From contig JBHGNT010000002.1 in NCBI GenBank assembly GCA_043228905.1, positions 620,001 through 684,000 on the forward strand: a stretch of 64,000 nucleotides of DNA. The letters run 5' to 3'. Below are positions 12,801 to 25,300 of this stretch, one piece after another (position 1 is the first letter of the stretch; the number at the start of each line of letters is the position of its first letter). The notes beneath the pieces were generated by a model that was not told the DNA's origin, did not search any database, and worked only from the letters and a program-made list of their open reading frames with translations. Origin of the DNA: Azolla caroliniana. Taxonomy: Eukaryota; Plantae; Polypodiophyta. Made by a program: the position numbers and the translations under genes.

Positions 12801-13812
12801 GGCAACATGAGGTCTCCTTAATGTTTTTACAAAGCTCTCTTTTCCGAGTTTTACCATCATCTCAGTATATTGTGGCTCTACATAAAAGTAACAATTACCA
12901 CTTTGGTTGCAGTTGTTTCCTTCTTTGCAGCGCTTGGTTTCGTACTCTATGGTGGAAGGTGAGATTTTTGAACTATTTCAATTAATGAAATGCACTTTCA
13001 CAAAAATCAAAGTAATGGAATTTATATATCTGAGGATGCATTTGTGAAGTTTGTTCTTGATGCTTCGGCGTTTTCCGCTTGAATCAAAAGGCCGGCGAAA
13101 GAAGCTGAAAGAGGTACAACATGTAAAAGTAGCTTTAGATGTGTTTGTTTTGTACACATTCATACGATATGCAGTGTCTTATGATATTATTCTTTTTCAC
13201 CAAGAACGTCTTCGAATGAATTATAATAATTGTTGGTGATGACAGGTTGGATTTGTCACAGTCATATGCTTCACATGCTTCATCATCAGAACAATTGTGG
13301 TATGTGTTTGAGATTACACAATCATTGTTTGGTGGTGAGAAGTTTCTATAAGCTGATTTAATGACAAAAATGGATCAAATTATGAAGGCTCAATTTTTCA
13401 TCTAAGAGAGAAATTTGACCTGCTAGGTGCTTTTATCCTTGATTCTTTATTACTGTTGGAAGAGTAAACATTCCCAACTAATTAAAACATGTGCAAGAAA
13501 ATCTATTGCAATTTGGTGGGGTATGGCTCTTATATGTTGAAATTCCTCAGATAGCTTGGTCAGCATTCGATGAAAATGTTGATTTGGATGTACTGGAACA
13601 TCCAGTGTTGAACCTGATATTCTACACGGTAAGAAGAATCTATCTGAATGGATGTGAAAGAATATGGTCAATGGTTTAAAAATTGACCTATGCTCACCTG
13701 TGGTTTTGTATTGAACTAGTTGGTGGAGATTCTACCATCAGTATTGGTGCTATTCATTCTGCGCAAACTTCCTCCAAAACGAGTTTCAGGTCAATATCAT
13801 CCTATTCGGTGA
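3153..13812 (+). CDS. TOM1: Tobamovirus multiplication protein 1 (TOM1/TOM3 family, multi-pass membrane protein), 10 exons, ~297 aa
   Basis: GT-AG exons read by eye: 3153-3329, 9541-9631, 9724-9869, 9953-10024, 10113-10185, 12913-12958, 13050-13113, 13246-13299, 13551-13628, 13720-13812 (894 nt, in frame). Peptides [79 protein letters not shown] and the C-terminus [17 protein letters not shown] match the TOM1 family. Confidence 0.95.
3990..4700 (-). mobile_element. Degenerate Ty1/Copia RT-RNase H remnant in TOM1 intron 1
   Basis: Minus-strand peptides [23 protein letters not shown] (Copia RT), ILQYLKGT (RT/RH junction) and FTKA (RNase H end), broken by stops and frameshifts. Boundaries approximate. 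Confidence 0.75.
5714..6141 (+). mobile_element. Possible LTR fragment or solo LTR
   Basis: TATAAATA at ~5853 and an LTR-like end GGGGCTGAAACGTTACA at 6141. No TSD found and the 5' boundary is uncertain. Confidence 0.3.
6148..8245 (-). mobile_element. 5'-truncated Gypsy-related element: 3' LTR (~6635->6148) plus extra coiled-coil ORF (~8200->6818)
   Basis: The minus-strand LTR ends ...ATTCCTAACA at 6148. The broken coiled-coil ORF (ORFs 7652-8164, 7422-7628, 6818-7300) ends [13 protein letters not shown], resembling the 3' ORF end of the element at 39477-46159 (EPLETLEQSILDILDEE*). The same pre-LTR motif is at 6636-6675. Confidence 0.8.
8419..8710. repeat. Degenerate ~30-bp minisatellite, about 10 units
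   Basis: Recurring TAATGAGCAATGGAGAATTCATA-like unit, e.g. at 8419, 8489, 8548, 8607. Confidence 0.7.
8754..8845. repeat. Short foldback (MITE-like inverted repeat)
   Basis: AGATTAAGTTTATTACTCTATTTC (8754) versus the reverse complement of GAAATAGAGTAATGAACCTAATCT (ends 8845): 22/24 match, extending imperfectly inward. Confidence 0.6.
10943..11295. repeat. ~175-bp tandem duplication in TOM1 intron 5
   Basis: GAGGAAGAAGTGAAAATTGAACAC...GTGAAAGCTCTTGTGA.AGGCTATTCCTTTT at 10943 and 11117. Confidence 0.9.
11400..11920 (-). mobile_element. Degenerate Ty1/Copia gag-protease remnant in TOM1 intron 5
   Basis: Minus-strand [32 protein letters not shown] (Copia gag-like) and [44 protein letters not shown] (Copia protease region). 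Confidence 0.65.
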
Positions 13813-16800
13813 GACAAATCGATGGTTGCGATAAGAAAATAAACTTGTATACTCATTGATGCGAAGGGTCACCACTTCGGATGCCTACGAAATTGCCAAA
13901 GTTGTATTGAGTAATAATGTTTATTTTTGTGACAATTGAGTTATTCTTTAAGGGAGCTGTGCATTGGAAGCTCCTTCATGGATTGTATGTCGCCTTTGTT
14001 GGAAAGGCACATGTTGTGCTACAGTATTGTTATGCTCTGCTTACATTCTTATGCACTCTTATAAGTGTAATTGTAATAGGTGTTGGTATGAGCATTGATT
14101 AAAGGACAAGCAATGATACTTTTAATAAGTTACCATCATGCCCATGAAACACTCTGGGTAGACAATAATGTGCCATCATCGTTCTCAAAGCAAATGGAGG
14201 GTGAGATTGAACTTAAAATAGGAGTGACATTTTTCGGCATTGTTAAGGGAGGTGTCTTTTGATGGTTTAATTTGATCTTGAAATAAAATCCACTATCCAA
14301 AGTTTCCCTGTTTCTGTTTTAACAATGGAAACGAATCAATTAATCAAATAATTGATTATTTTTTAGTACAGATTTTATGTACAGTATTTTTATTTTTACT
14401 ATGTTGAAGTTCTGAGTATTCAACAACCCTCAAATCTTTATGCCTTTAGTAAGGTATTCCACTGACATGGGAGTATGTTGTTTCATAGCGAAATCATTGT
14501 TTGTATGTACTTCACTAACGTGCGAGTATGTTCCATCCTTTCAGCTGACATGGGAGTATTTTGTTCCATCATTTCAAATAATAGCAGGTATGGTATATCT
14601 GGCATAGCGAAATCATTGTTTGTATGTTCTCTGCCGACATGTGAGTATGTTGTTTCATCCTTTCAATTAATAGACAGATGATGGAATTCACAAATTCACA
14701 TATGGGTTTGCAGTGGAGGAGAGAAGTCATTTCCGAGCCATTGACATATTGTGATGGTTGGATCTCTATGTGATTTATGAATTATGAGTGTCGTGAACTT
14801 TAAAACTGAATGTAGCACTATGATCCAATGCTTTGGTATAATAAATTGTAGCACATTGTTGCAATAAACAGATGTTAAATGAGTACACCCTAAGCCCTAA
14901 AACAAAGGTACGCTCGTACATCCCACACTAGAGAGAAAGCATTCTACATGATGCGTTTTCTTGTGCTGTTTACAAATTCTCATATCTTTACCCTAAACTG
15001 GACTGAAGCACTCTGGATATCAATATTCTAGTATATTCGTAGAATATGTATTAATCCTATAATATAGTTGCAAGTTATATATATCCATGACTGAATTGAT
15101 GTTGCACTTAAGATATAGAAACTATCTCATTATAAAAATACAAATGTTTCCAAAATATTCATTATATATACAAATGTCAAGATATTTATATACACTAGAG
15201 GATTGATACATGTATATAGTGCACACAACACACATTTATGAATACCAATCTCTAATTCATGTAGTCATTTGGATCTTAATGATGTTATCAAAAACCTACC
15301 CATATACGAAGGGAAGGTGTAACAACTGAGTCACATTCAAGAAAATCATAATATCAATGATCACTCATAATCACAATGTCAATAACAATCAAAAGCAAAT
15401 TGAATAAACACTACAATTGGCATAATATTAAAAGGGAAGATGAGGAAATATCTTCATGAAACAAAGTGTATGAAATATAGTTAAATATCCTTTTTGAGTA
15501 TATTGCTAAGGCAAGATCAATAATTGACATGTATGTAGAATTTGGATAAAGGCATGAGTATTCTATATTCCAAACACGTTTCACCAAACATAAGGGCTGC
15601 AAAATAAATGATACATGATTTAGTTTAGGAAAAAATGGCATATGTTCACTTTTTTTGGGGTCGACCGATGTTACTATCTTTGAAGTAGGTATTATTGTAA
15701 TGACGAGATTTTGTTCATAACTCAAAAGACATCAATCATGTGAGCAATGTTAAAATCACAAGAACTAAAATTTACACAAAATGCTCAGACTAAATGATCA
15801 ATGTTTCAATTAAATTTTATGCATGGATTGTTCAAGAAGCTATAGTTTAAAGATATCGACGTTGGATAACATTTATAACCTTACAAAATGGGGTTAAATC
15901 CCCATGTACATTTTGGGATGTTATATATGTATCTCAAGCACTTGTTTATAAACAATAATGCATTGCGTGATTCGTTACTAAGTTTACCACACCTCTCACC
16001 ACACCACCAATTAAGAATATGAATAAAAGAGGAGAAATATAATGAATAGTTATCCAATCGAAAACACAAGTGGATTCATAGTTTGTTGCGTATTGGGTTA
16101 TGTAAACATAGCAATTGAACTCACTTGTTTCTTAGCCTTGTATGTGATAAAGGCTTTACGCCAACCAAGATTTCTAAAAGAATTAGTTGCTCCTTGATTT
16201 CTTGGAGAGAAAGGTCCTCATATGCACATGGCAATTGCAACCCAGTAAAGTTACATAAACCTTCTATTTGTTGGGTAATGGAGAAGTATTGTGGAGCGAC
16301 ATAGCCCACAATTCTTTTCACTAGATCAATAGCTTCTAAGATCGTCTCTTGCTCATCCTCCTTGCATGAAAGATCGATAAACCTGATGATATTATGTAAA
16401 CACATATACATTAAATGAAGGTTAGGAACATAGTTAGTTGCGAAGAAAACAAATGGAATACTCATTTTAACTAGCACCCTCCTACAAGGATTAACTAGAA
16501 ACTCATGTTTATAGGAAAATCAAATACAGATACCAATGTGTTCAACATTAAGGTTATGTCCAACATGCACTCAAGGGAAATACATTCTACACCAGAACAA
16601 AGAGAAAAAGTATGTGACCTAATAGAGTTGCAAAACATTACACTACTTTAAGTAGTTTCAAGCTTTCCACAATAAATAGCATGCACGCAAAAGTGAAAAA
16701 CAAGAAAACATGGGTTTACTTGAAAATTAAACAACAACAGAAAGGAAACACTAATGTGTCAACAAAAGAAACACGTTATGGAGGTTTACGTAAATTTAAA

Positions 16801-17371
16801 CAACAAGAGAAAAATGCAACGTTGCAATCTCAAGAAATGAGGAAAATACCAAATCAGTGTGACATGAAAAGAGTTAGTTTTAGGTTAATGGCGCCAAATT
16901 TCGAATGTTTCCTCGACCAGAGAGACCAAAGGCATTCATTTTACCTGAATGAAGGACGAAATGAGGCGTGGATGAGAGGATGGGGAGATGGATGAACATC
17001 ATCATGAGGGATGAAGGTTCGGAGGAGGGCATCAATGTAAGGTGTGGCAAGGGCTCCGAGTGCACTGCAACCGAGGGGCACCATCACCAAGGAGCAAAAG
17101 CTTACACCCACTATGAAGGCTGAAGGCACGAGGACGGGCAAACAACACAATCCCATCATCATCTTCACCACCTTTCCTCCTCTCCCTTCCTCCATCTCTA
17201 CTCTCTCTCTCTCTCTCTTCCCATCTTCAAATTTTCCTTTCTAAAAGCTACCAATTCCCACTTTAGAAATATCTACCTGTTCCTTTTTCTCGAGGCACAT
17301 TCCAAAATTTGTATCATTGCATATTTTTTCTACAATGATCACGATTCGCATTTTGTTGGGAGAAAGAGTGT

Positions 17372-17423
<52 letters not shown>

Positions 17424-17929
17424 GCACACGGACGCACACGATGCATGCCCTTATTCATCTCAACGTGGTAATGAAACAATGTTAAGTTTGTCACTAGTTT
17501 AATGTACATTTCCGGAATCCATTAAGGACCACGAATCTATAACCTAAAGAAGAAGTGGGATCAATCCCCAAAACATGGACATGTTTTGGATTTGAAACAC
17601 CACTGTGTATGTACTCATGCGTGATGACCAATGAAATGCGAAAATGTAGCCCTACATACATACATACATACATACATATAGCAAGCATGCATGCACATGG
17701 CACAGAAAACCAGAGGATTCTCATGTGAGCCCATTTGAGAACAAATACAAGAGTCTAGAGACCTATAGCTAGTGAGTGGCATGGTGAAACCCTATGTGAA
17801 ACGATCTATTAACTTGCAAACAGCCCAACCAACACCAACGCCACATGTTTTTATTACTTATCTCCTCTCAGTTGTATGCCCAACAGATTCAAACAAATGT
17901 TCAGGGTTTCCATTGGTCTGCTTTTCTTT

Positions 17930-18300
17930 TGCCCACGATGAAGAGAATCTGAAAGGTCGATTTGATTTTGTTGAAGAGATTAGGGCTGCTCCTTTGCAAA
18001 ACAGAGGAGTATGGTAATTATGAAAGGCTGACTATTTATTATTATGAAGGAAATCTGAAAGATCGATGTCTAAGAGATTAGGGTTTCAAAATTATCAAGG
18101 AGAATATTCCATTGCTTATCGAAACAGGGGATTCTTATTATAAAATGGACGGCTGATCATTGTGTCAATGATTTTTTTTATGATTACGAAGGAAATCTGA
18201 AAGAGCGATGGATTTTGTCGAAGAGATTAGGGTTTCAAAGTTATCAAGGAATATGAGCTGCCACTTTGCAAAATAGATGATAATTATGGCCATCAAAGGA
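17930..18300. repeat. Three degenerate ~110-140-bp direct repeats immediately upstream of the PPR ORF
   Basis: GAAG(A/G)(G/A)AATCTGAAAG..CGAT..AAGAGATTAGGG(C/T)T at ~17940, ~18046 and ~18188. Confidence 0.7.
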
Positions 18301-18346
18301 TAACCATATTTCCAATGGGTTCTTTTGCTCACAACAATTTCCAAAC

Positions 18347-20011
18347 ATGAAGGAGGGTTTGATTTGTAGCGGAGATAGTAAGGTCTTCAACTTTAAGAAT
18401 CAGAGTGATGTCTTGGGATTGATAAAGTTGTGTGGAAAAGAGAAGGACTTGGCCAAAGCAAGAAAACTACACTCAAAAATCCAAGAGGAAGTGCTAATTT
18501 GGAAGAATGTTTACATAAGCACTGCCTTGGTTAGTATGTATGCTAAAAGCGGTGCTCTCCAAGAAGCACAAAGAGTGTTTGATGAGCTCTTAATGAGAAA
18601 TGTCGTGGCTTGGAATGCGTTGATCAATGCTTATTCTCAACATGGCCTTCCTGAAGAAGCTATTGAATGCTTCTTACGGATGAGAGAGGAAGGATTCCTC
18701 CCTGATAAAGTGACATTTATATGTATCTTGAAAGCGTCTTCTTCTTCCATAAACTATCTTCGTATTGGAGAAAACCTGCATGTTGAGATAAGCAAACAAG
18801 GATTGTTGGAGAAAGATGTGGTGCTTGGCACCACATTGATGAATATGTATGCGAGATTTGGTTTTCTTGAAAAGGCACAAGAAGTTTTTGAACTACTTCC
18901 CTTCCACGATGTTGCATCGTGGAGTGCACTAATTGCAGGATATGCCCGGCATGGGTTTGGTGAAAAAGCTTTGAAATGCTACCGGAAAATGCAGTGTGAA
19001 GGTATCTCCCCGAATTCAGTCACCTTCATTTTTATATTGAAAACTTGCGGGGGTATGGGATGCCTTCAAATAGGAGAGGAGATACATTCGCAGGCGAAAA
19101 GGGCAGGTCTTATAGAAAATAATATTGTGCTTGGAACTATGCTGGTAGATATGTATGCCAAGTGTGGTGCAATGGAAAAAGCTCGAGAAGTATTTGAAGA
19201 ACTTCGGGTGCGAGATGTTGTATCTTGGAGCGCTCTTATCTCTGGATATGCCCAGCATAGCCTTGGTGATGAAGCTTTGAAATGCTTTCAGATAATGAAG
19301 GACCAAGGAATCCCTCCCAATGCAATTACCTTCAGTAGCATTTTGAAAGTTTGTGGCAATATAGGATCACTTGAGATGGGAGAAGGGATATATGCCAAGG
19401 TTAAAGAACAAGGACTACTAAGAAAGGATATGGTACTTGGCAATTCATTGGTTGACATGTTTGTTAAGTGTGGGAGAATAGGAAAAGCAAGAGATGTGTT
19501 TGAGCAACTTCCAGAGAGGGATGTTGTGTCTTGGAGCTCACTTCTGGCCGGCTATGCCCAGATGGGTCATTCCAAAAGAGTTTTGAAGGTATTCAATAGA
19601 ATGAGAAGTGAAGGTATCATCCCAAACTTAGTCACATTTCTGGCATTGATGAGTTCATGCAATCACAATGGTCTCGTGAATGAGGGGATGATGGTCTTTA
19701 ATGATATGTCCAGTTTCTATTGTCTTGCTCCAACTATAGAGCATTACACTTGCATGATAGACTTATTTGCTCGAGCTGGACACTTTGACAAAGCGATAGA
19801 TATGCTTCAGAGGATTTCATTTTTTGATAGGCTTCCATTATTACTAGCCCTTCTGGGTGCTTGCTGTATATGGGTTAATGTAGACATTGGAAGATGGGCA
19901 TTTGAGGAATTGATGCATTTGGATAGTAAGTGTAGCACAGCATACGTGTCCATGAGGAATATTTATGCGACTGCCAGTATGCAGGAAGAGGCAGGCTGCA
20001 TTGAAGCGTAA
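18347..20011 (+). CDS. PLS-class pentatricopeptide repeat protein with an E-type C-terminus and no DYW domain, intronless, 554 aa
   Basis: Repeated P-L-S triplets (ALVSMYAKSGALQEAQRVFDEL..RNVVAWNALINAY; DVVSWSALISGY), then PTIEHYTCMIDLFARAG and E-motif LLALLGAC..AYVSMRNIYA. The ORF stops before any DYW domain. Confidence 0.93.
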   Translation: MKEGLICSGDSKVFNFKNQSDVLGLIKLCGKEKDLAKARKLHSKIQEEVLIWKNVYISTALVSMYAKSGALQEAQRVFDELLMRNVVAWNALINAYSQHGLPEEAIECFLRMREEGFLPDKVTFICILKASSSSINYLRIGENLHVEISKQGLLEKDVVLGTTLMNMYARFGFLEKAQEVFELLPFHDVASWSALIAGYARHGFGEKALKCYRKMQCEGISPNSVTFIFILKTCGGMGCLQIGEEIHSQAKRAGLIENNIVLGTMLVDMYAKCGAMEKAREVFEELRVRDVVSWSALISGYAQHSLGDEALKCFQIMKDQGIPPNAITFSSILKVCGNIGSLEMGEGIYAKVKEQGLLRKDMVLGNSLVDMFVKCGRIGKARDVFEQLPERDVVSWSSLLAGYAQMGHSKRVLKVFNRMRSEGIIPNLVTFLALMSSCNHNGLVNEGMMVFNDMSSFYCLAPTIEHYTCMIDLFARAGHFDKAIDMLQRISFFDRLPLLLALLGACCIWVNVDIGRWAFEELMHLDSKCSTAYVSMRNIYATASMQEEAGCIEA

Positions 20012-21284
20012 ATGGAGACAAATATAATTTTCTTCCTTCATTTTTCTCCTCAGCAATGTCCATTCTTTAAGATTTTGATTCTAATATATTTATTCAAGCT
20101 CAACTGAAATTTGGTTCTACCTTCTAGCAGAGTTTTTCTCTTTCCAAATGCTCTTCTTAAGTAGCTGATAATGTTGAATTCTTTAAATATATATATATAT
20201 CTCAAGCTGAAGATAATACTGACTTCACAACATGGATAAAATCAACTTTTTCTTTCAAATGGAGTGACATACCAAATATATATTTACATTGCTTGCTTTG
20301 TCAATCATTTACAGCATCTACCAATGGAACATGCTGGCATTATGCACACTATGGATTCTTGAGTGAATCAAGTTATAACTTTGTCGGAGTGTTTCTACAA
20401 TATCCTGGCGTTCATGCAACCTGCATTATTTTCTAAGAATTCACCAAAAACTTGTAAAAACATGTGGTTCAAAGAATGTTTTGTCATGTTAGACAGACCA
20501 GGATACCATATGAATATGAGATGATAAATTGCTACTTAACCATGCAGGTGCAAGATTCTATAGTATAATGGAAGGAAAAAACTAAAGCAAACATGAAAAA
20601 CAAAGCTCATTTCACAACTTGGATTTTTCATGTGTGTTTTGGGACCTCATAGACAAACAAAGAGTTTCAAAGTGATGTGTTCTTTTGTTTCTTCCCTGCA
20701 TGCAATATCCATCATATACTCTTTGTTTCGGTTCTTTTGCTCTTGGTGCACATCCAAAAATATACTTTGCCATGCCATCTTGTGAACATTTACAGTTGTC
20801 TTGGACTTAGCAGGATGAAGAAAATTTGTTCTCTATCTTCAAGAATTTTGCTACAAGAGCACAGCATGATCCACGAGATAAATCAAGTATGAGGATTAAA
20901 ATGTTGCACCCATAATGGACAAACTACTCCATAATATGCCAAATTATGACATATGATATTCTCTAAATTAATTGCACTTCAAACCCTACAATCTTACACT
21001 TTCTACTATTGTTCCAAGAAATAGAAATAAAAACAAATTCAAAGTCAAAAGTCAAAACAATACAAACTCTGCAATCAGCAACAGTGCTGCTTATTAATGA
21101 AGTTTGGAAATACTTATTCATGAAATATGCATATAAAACAAAGGCCCCATCACACGTAAACTGGTGTGACAGAAAAAAGCAAAAAAGCAAACACTGTTTC
21201 TCACATAGCTTTTGCCCATAGTCAAAGGCTACATGGAAATTGTCATTATCCTTTGCATAGTGCAAAAAGCAAAACACTTATTTC

Positions 21285-22637
21285 TCACATAGCTTGTCCA
21301 TAGACAAGGTTACACGGGAAATGACTACCTATCAAAGAAACTGCATATGTGGATTTGCCACACTTGAAGCTGTCTAGATCACCACTCTTCATTATACCAA
21401 CTGGTTCATTCTCTGGTGCTTCACAACATCCATGTATTATTGGTTTATCTTCCACGCCAGATCTGAACAGAAACTCATCTGCAACTATTGTATTGCCATC
21501 TTGTACTTCAGAGTGTTTGGGTTCGCCGTTCATGTGATTCCTATAAACATGAAAATAACAAATGAAGGTTAGCCAGTTTATTGAATGAACAAAATAAATA
21601 ATGAAGTTTAGGCTTTCTTGAACCATAGGATTCATCTTTTACATTTAGGTGTTTTCCAAACAGTGTTATATTCATATTTTATACCACTTTCGTACTATCA
21701 AAATACATTTTCAACAAAAGAAACGGATAGCATTGCTTCACCTGTTTTTGGTTTGCTGCGGTTTACGTTTTTCCTGTTGCTTATGTTCATAGTTTGCCTT
21801 TCCTTTGTGTGCATGCTTCATATTCCTCTTTGAATATCTTTTCTTCAGCTTATTGTCATTAACAGTATGTGAAACAATTGAAGAAGGTGGCTCCCAAACA
21901 CTTGGCGCCCATTTCACATTCAACTTTGGCCTTGGTCCAAAACCAAGTAGCTCATAACCACCTCTTAATGCAGATTTCTGCTTGATTCAAACGATACATG
22001 GATTAGCATAAGGGAAAAACTGCAATATTCCACCAAAAGACCATGGTCAACTATTCAAACAGCTACATGCTATATTCGAGCAATCTTATACTCATTTCAT
22101 TCCCTATTTCTCAATTATACTGGGTGTGTCAGCAATTATATGCTCAATTCAACACCTTCTCACTAAGGGGGGTTGACCAGGTGCATTTGAGAGAATAATG
22201 ACACAGTGAAATAAGATATGAAGAAAAGAACTAAATAATGGAGATCTAAATGTTCTTACAGGTGAAGTAGACTCCAAACTTCGACTTTTTTGCTCATAAT
22301 GCTCATCAGAATCCTGTGAAATTTCAGATCCTTCTGCACTCTCTGAATCATGGGAGTTTCCTTCAACAGTAGTAGAACAAGATCCGTTCTTCATGCTACA
22401 TTCCTTCACTGATATCTTTTCTTTATCTAACAACGAAGGTGTATTAAGTTCAACGATTTGTCGTGCCTTCTGCTTCTTTTTCTTCTTTTTCTTCCTCCCC
22501 TGAATTGAAGATTCACATTCTAGCAGTAATGGCCCTGCTAGAACGCACTCCATTGAATCCACTTTATGGATACAATGCAAGTCAGTTACAAGAGATATCT
22601 TTGTTCTCCTCTCGGATAACTGGTTATTTTCTCTCAT
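21285..22637 (-). CDS. Uncharacterised plant protein with a KSAL(R/K)G...V(K/T)WAPxV(W/Y)(E/D)PP motif, 3 coding exons
   Basis: Exons 22637 (or 22553)-22260, 21980/21977 (NAGNAG)-21742 and 21540-21285 with GT-AG borders in frame. KSALRGG..KLNVKWAPSVWEPPSSIVSHTV and the C-terminal KCGKS..YGQAM* resemble a plant family I recall as 'BRI1-KD interacting protein'-like (from memory). A non-coding first exon probably ends at 25120. Confidence 0.75.
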
Positions 22638-23423
22638 GTCGTTGATCCAAGCCGTAAACCACGAGTTCACAATATCAATTGCTGACCTCCGATAGTTAGA
22701 AAAGTGCTCTTACACCTGTTTCCTGAGAATTTATACCATAGAAAACTTAAATTAAGTGCACTGCACAAATATGTTGTACAGATGTCACACCATTAGAAGT
22801 TCTATTCTTGTTAATCAAAAGCATATAAATAACTAAAGACATACCCCAGCAACCATTTTGGGATGTATGCTTACATGGGAAAAAAATGCTGCTCAGGCCC
22901 ATGTTACAAATCATTAAAAGTTTATTTCCTCCAATTATTTTTCCTTTGAGATACATCATGCTCAACCCACGTATAATTAAAGACTTGTGCATGATAAATC
23001 TTATGTTGGTTTAATATATTCTTGGCTATTGCGCACATTATCTCAAATGTCTTTCCTATTTTCTATGTGATGAATCATTTAACTGTATAAATTTCAAGCA
23101 ATTATACATACTTGGAGAAAGTAGTCTCACAACTTCATAGCAAGAAAAGGGACATTGCATTTGTCAAAAATGCCACTGCCGTCTTCACTCGAGAACAAAC
23201 TTTATTAGTTTGATATGGTTTAGAAGAATGAAGCCTGCAAAGTCCCAAGGATAATTTCATAAATATTCAGAAGTAGAGATGCCAATCGACCAAAAGTATA
23301 GGGAATACATTGACCAGAAACCATAGAACACATAATATGAAAGAATGTCAACAGTTTCCGTACAAGTATCGAGTGAATTGGAACTGAAATTTTTCCTAAT
23401 ACTAATCAGAATATAAAGCATGA

Positions 23424-23910
23424 AGACTTGACTCCATAAGATATATAATTACAGCCGGTTCTTCAAAACTGCTGCAAAGATTGCCAATTGCATCAGAACA
23501 CAATGCATAAGAACATAACTTCATAACCATATAATTACAGCCAATTGTTCAAAACTGCTGCAAAGATTGTAAACTGCATCATAAAACGATGCATAATGAC
23601 ATAATTTCATAAGCATATAATTACAAACCGTTCTTCATTACTTATGTAAAGATTGCAAACTAAATCAGAATACAATGTACGATTACTTGACTACATAAGT
23701 CATATAATTACAGCTGGTTTTTCAAAACTGCTTCAAAGATAGCCAAGTGTATCAGAATACAAAGTACAATGACTTGACTTCATAACCATACAATTGCAAA
23801 CGCTTGTTAAAAACAGCTTCAAAAATTGCAAACTGTATCAGAGTGCAAAGTACAAGTACTACACTTTAAAAGCATATAATTAAAAACGGTTGTTCAAAAC
23901 TACTGCAAAC
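23424..23910. repeat. ~80-87-bp minisatellite, about 6 degenerate copies, intronic
   Basis: Repeats of CATAAG.CATATAATTACAGCCGGTTCTTCAAAACTGCTGCAAAGATTGC.AA.TG.ATCAGAA. Confidence 0.85.
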
Positions 23911-25165
23911 TATCTGTATTTTAACGTTTTCAGACTACAGATAGACTTAGATTCTACTCTAATTTCATTTTCAATGTGCGTTCTAAATCACAGACAGATG
24001 GTGAGTAATTGCTTATGTGGTTGATATAGCTTTTGCATGCACACCTAGGATGTTGTGTTTGTGCCCACATGGAGATACCCATTACATCCTTTGAATCAGT
24101 ACATATACACATGCCAAAATCTTGTATTCGAAACCAGCACAAATCTTGTATTTGACACCAGCATGAGGGCGATTTATAAAAGGAGAGAAATGAACAACTA
24201 TCATAAAGGATGTTTGTGTATATATCATACAACAAAGAATGATTCTTTCAGACACAAAACTTATCCAGTTTGAATGACAGATCTGATTCAATGAAAAACA
24301 TGTCAATACATTGCATATAAAGAAAAGGTGAATTTACCAACAAGACTGACCAGTCTGTGAGATAGATCACACAGAAAACATATCAGAGATTTGCAAGAAA
24401 TACACGGTTTATTACATAGGATACATTATATTCATAAAAACGATTATTTTAAAGGCTTAACCGTCCAGATAACTGACTGGATCAATATCATAAATGAATT
24501 TGACTTTAGGAATAATAGTCATCCAGTTTGAAAGAATAATTCGACCAATTTGAGAAACACGCTCGTTCAGTTTTTGCATAAAACACTCATGCACTTATCG
24601 TAAATGAGTGATAATTGGGAGACAAAATTGATGGAGTTTTTCCATATAATGCAGTTTGTGTGAGAGAACCCCGAGGGAGGAAGAAGATTATTTATTTCTG
24701 TTGGTACAAGAGGGAAGGATAGTTCATAACGATTCAGGTACAAGAGAACACTCAAAAGTTCGAAGCGGAATAGATTTACATGTACATCAGAATTGAGAAA
24801 AAAAAAACTTCTTTCACTTAGATTTGGAAGGGCTAATGTACTTTCACATAGCTATAGAAGTATCGGAGGAATTACACATACATATATATAATTATATGTA
24901 TATATGTATACATATGCATAAATCACATATAACGAATGAGTACTGCACAGCAAACTCATCCACAGATCTGAACGAAAACAGTCATGCAAAGAAAATACTT
25001 TAACGCGTGAACTCTTCCATGTTGTAAGAGAGATCTAACAGACAGTGACACGTATATAAAACACATTACAGATCAAAATCAGCGACATTTCTACGGAAAA
25101 AACTCTTCGATTCGTTTACCTGTAGAGAAGATGGAGAAGAAGAGGCAAAGTGTCCCTTTCACTGA

Positions 25166-25300
25166 TCACTTAGACTTGAAGGGACCGACGTACTTGGATA
25201 TGGCTATGGAAGAATCAGTCCGAAGACCAGAAGGCCTGTGTATAGGCTGCTGAATCAGTTGCCATTTGGTATGCTCGCGGGCACAAGAGGCCCTGAACAT
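25166..25300 (-). promoter_or_regulatory. Candidate 44-aa upstream ORF in the 5' leader of the 21285-22637 gene
   Basis: ATG at 25300 to TGA at 25166 (MFRASCAREHTKWQLIQQPIHRPSGLRTDSSIAISKYVGPFKSK*) lies before a strong donor CTACAG|GTAAAC at 25120/25119. A minimal uORF MAMET* lies further upstream (~25458). Confidence 0.45.

Noticed and set aside
14907-14931. GTACG-CT-CGTAC hairpin followed by CTAG, like a Helitron 3' end
   Set aside because: The stem is short, CTAG is not followed by T, and no 5' TC end or Rep domain was found.
17492-17773. CACTAG...CTAGTG as CACTA termini
   Set aside because: Only 6 bp of inverted match, and the 3-bp flanks differ (TGT/AGT).
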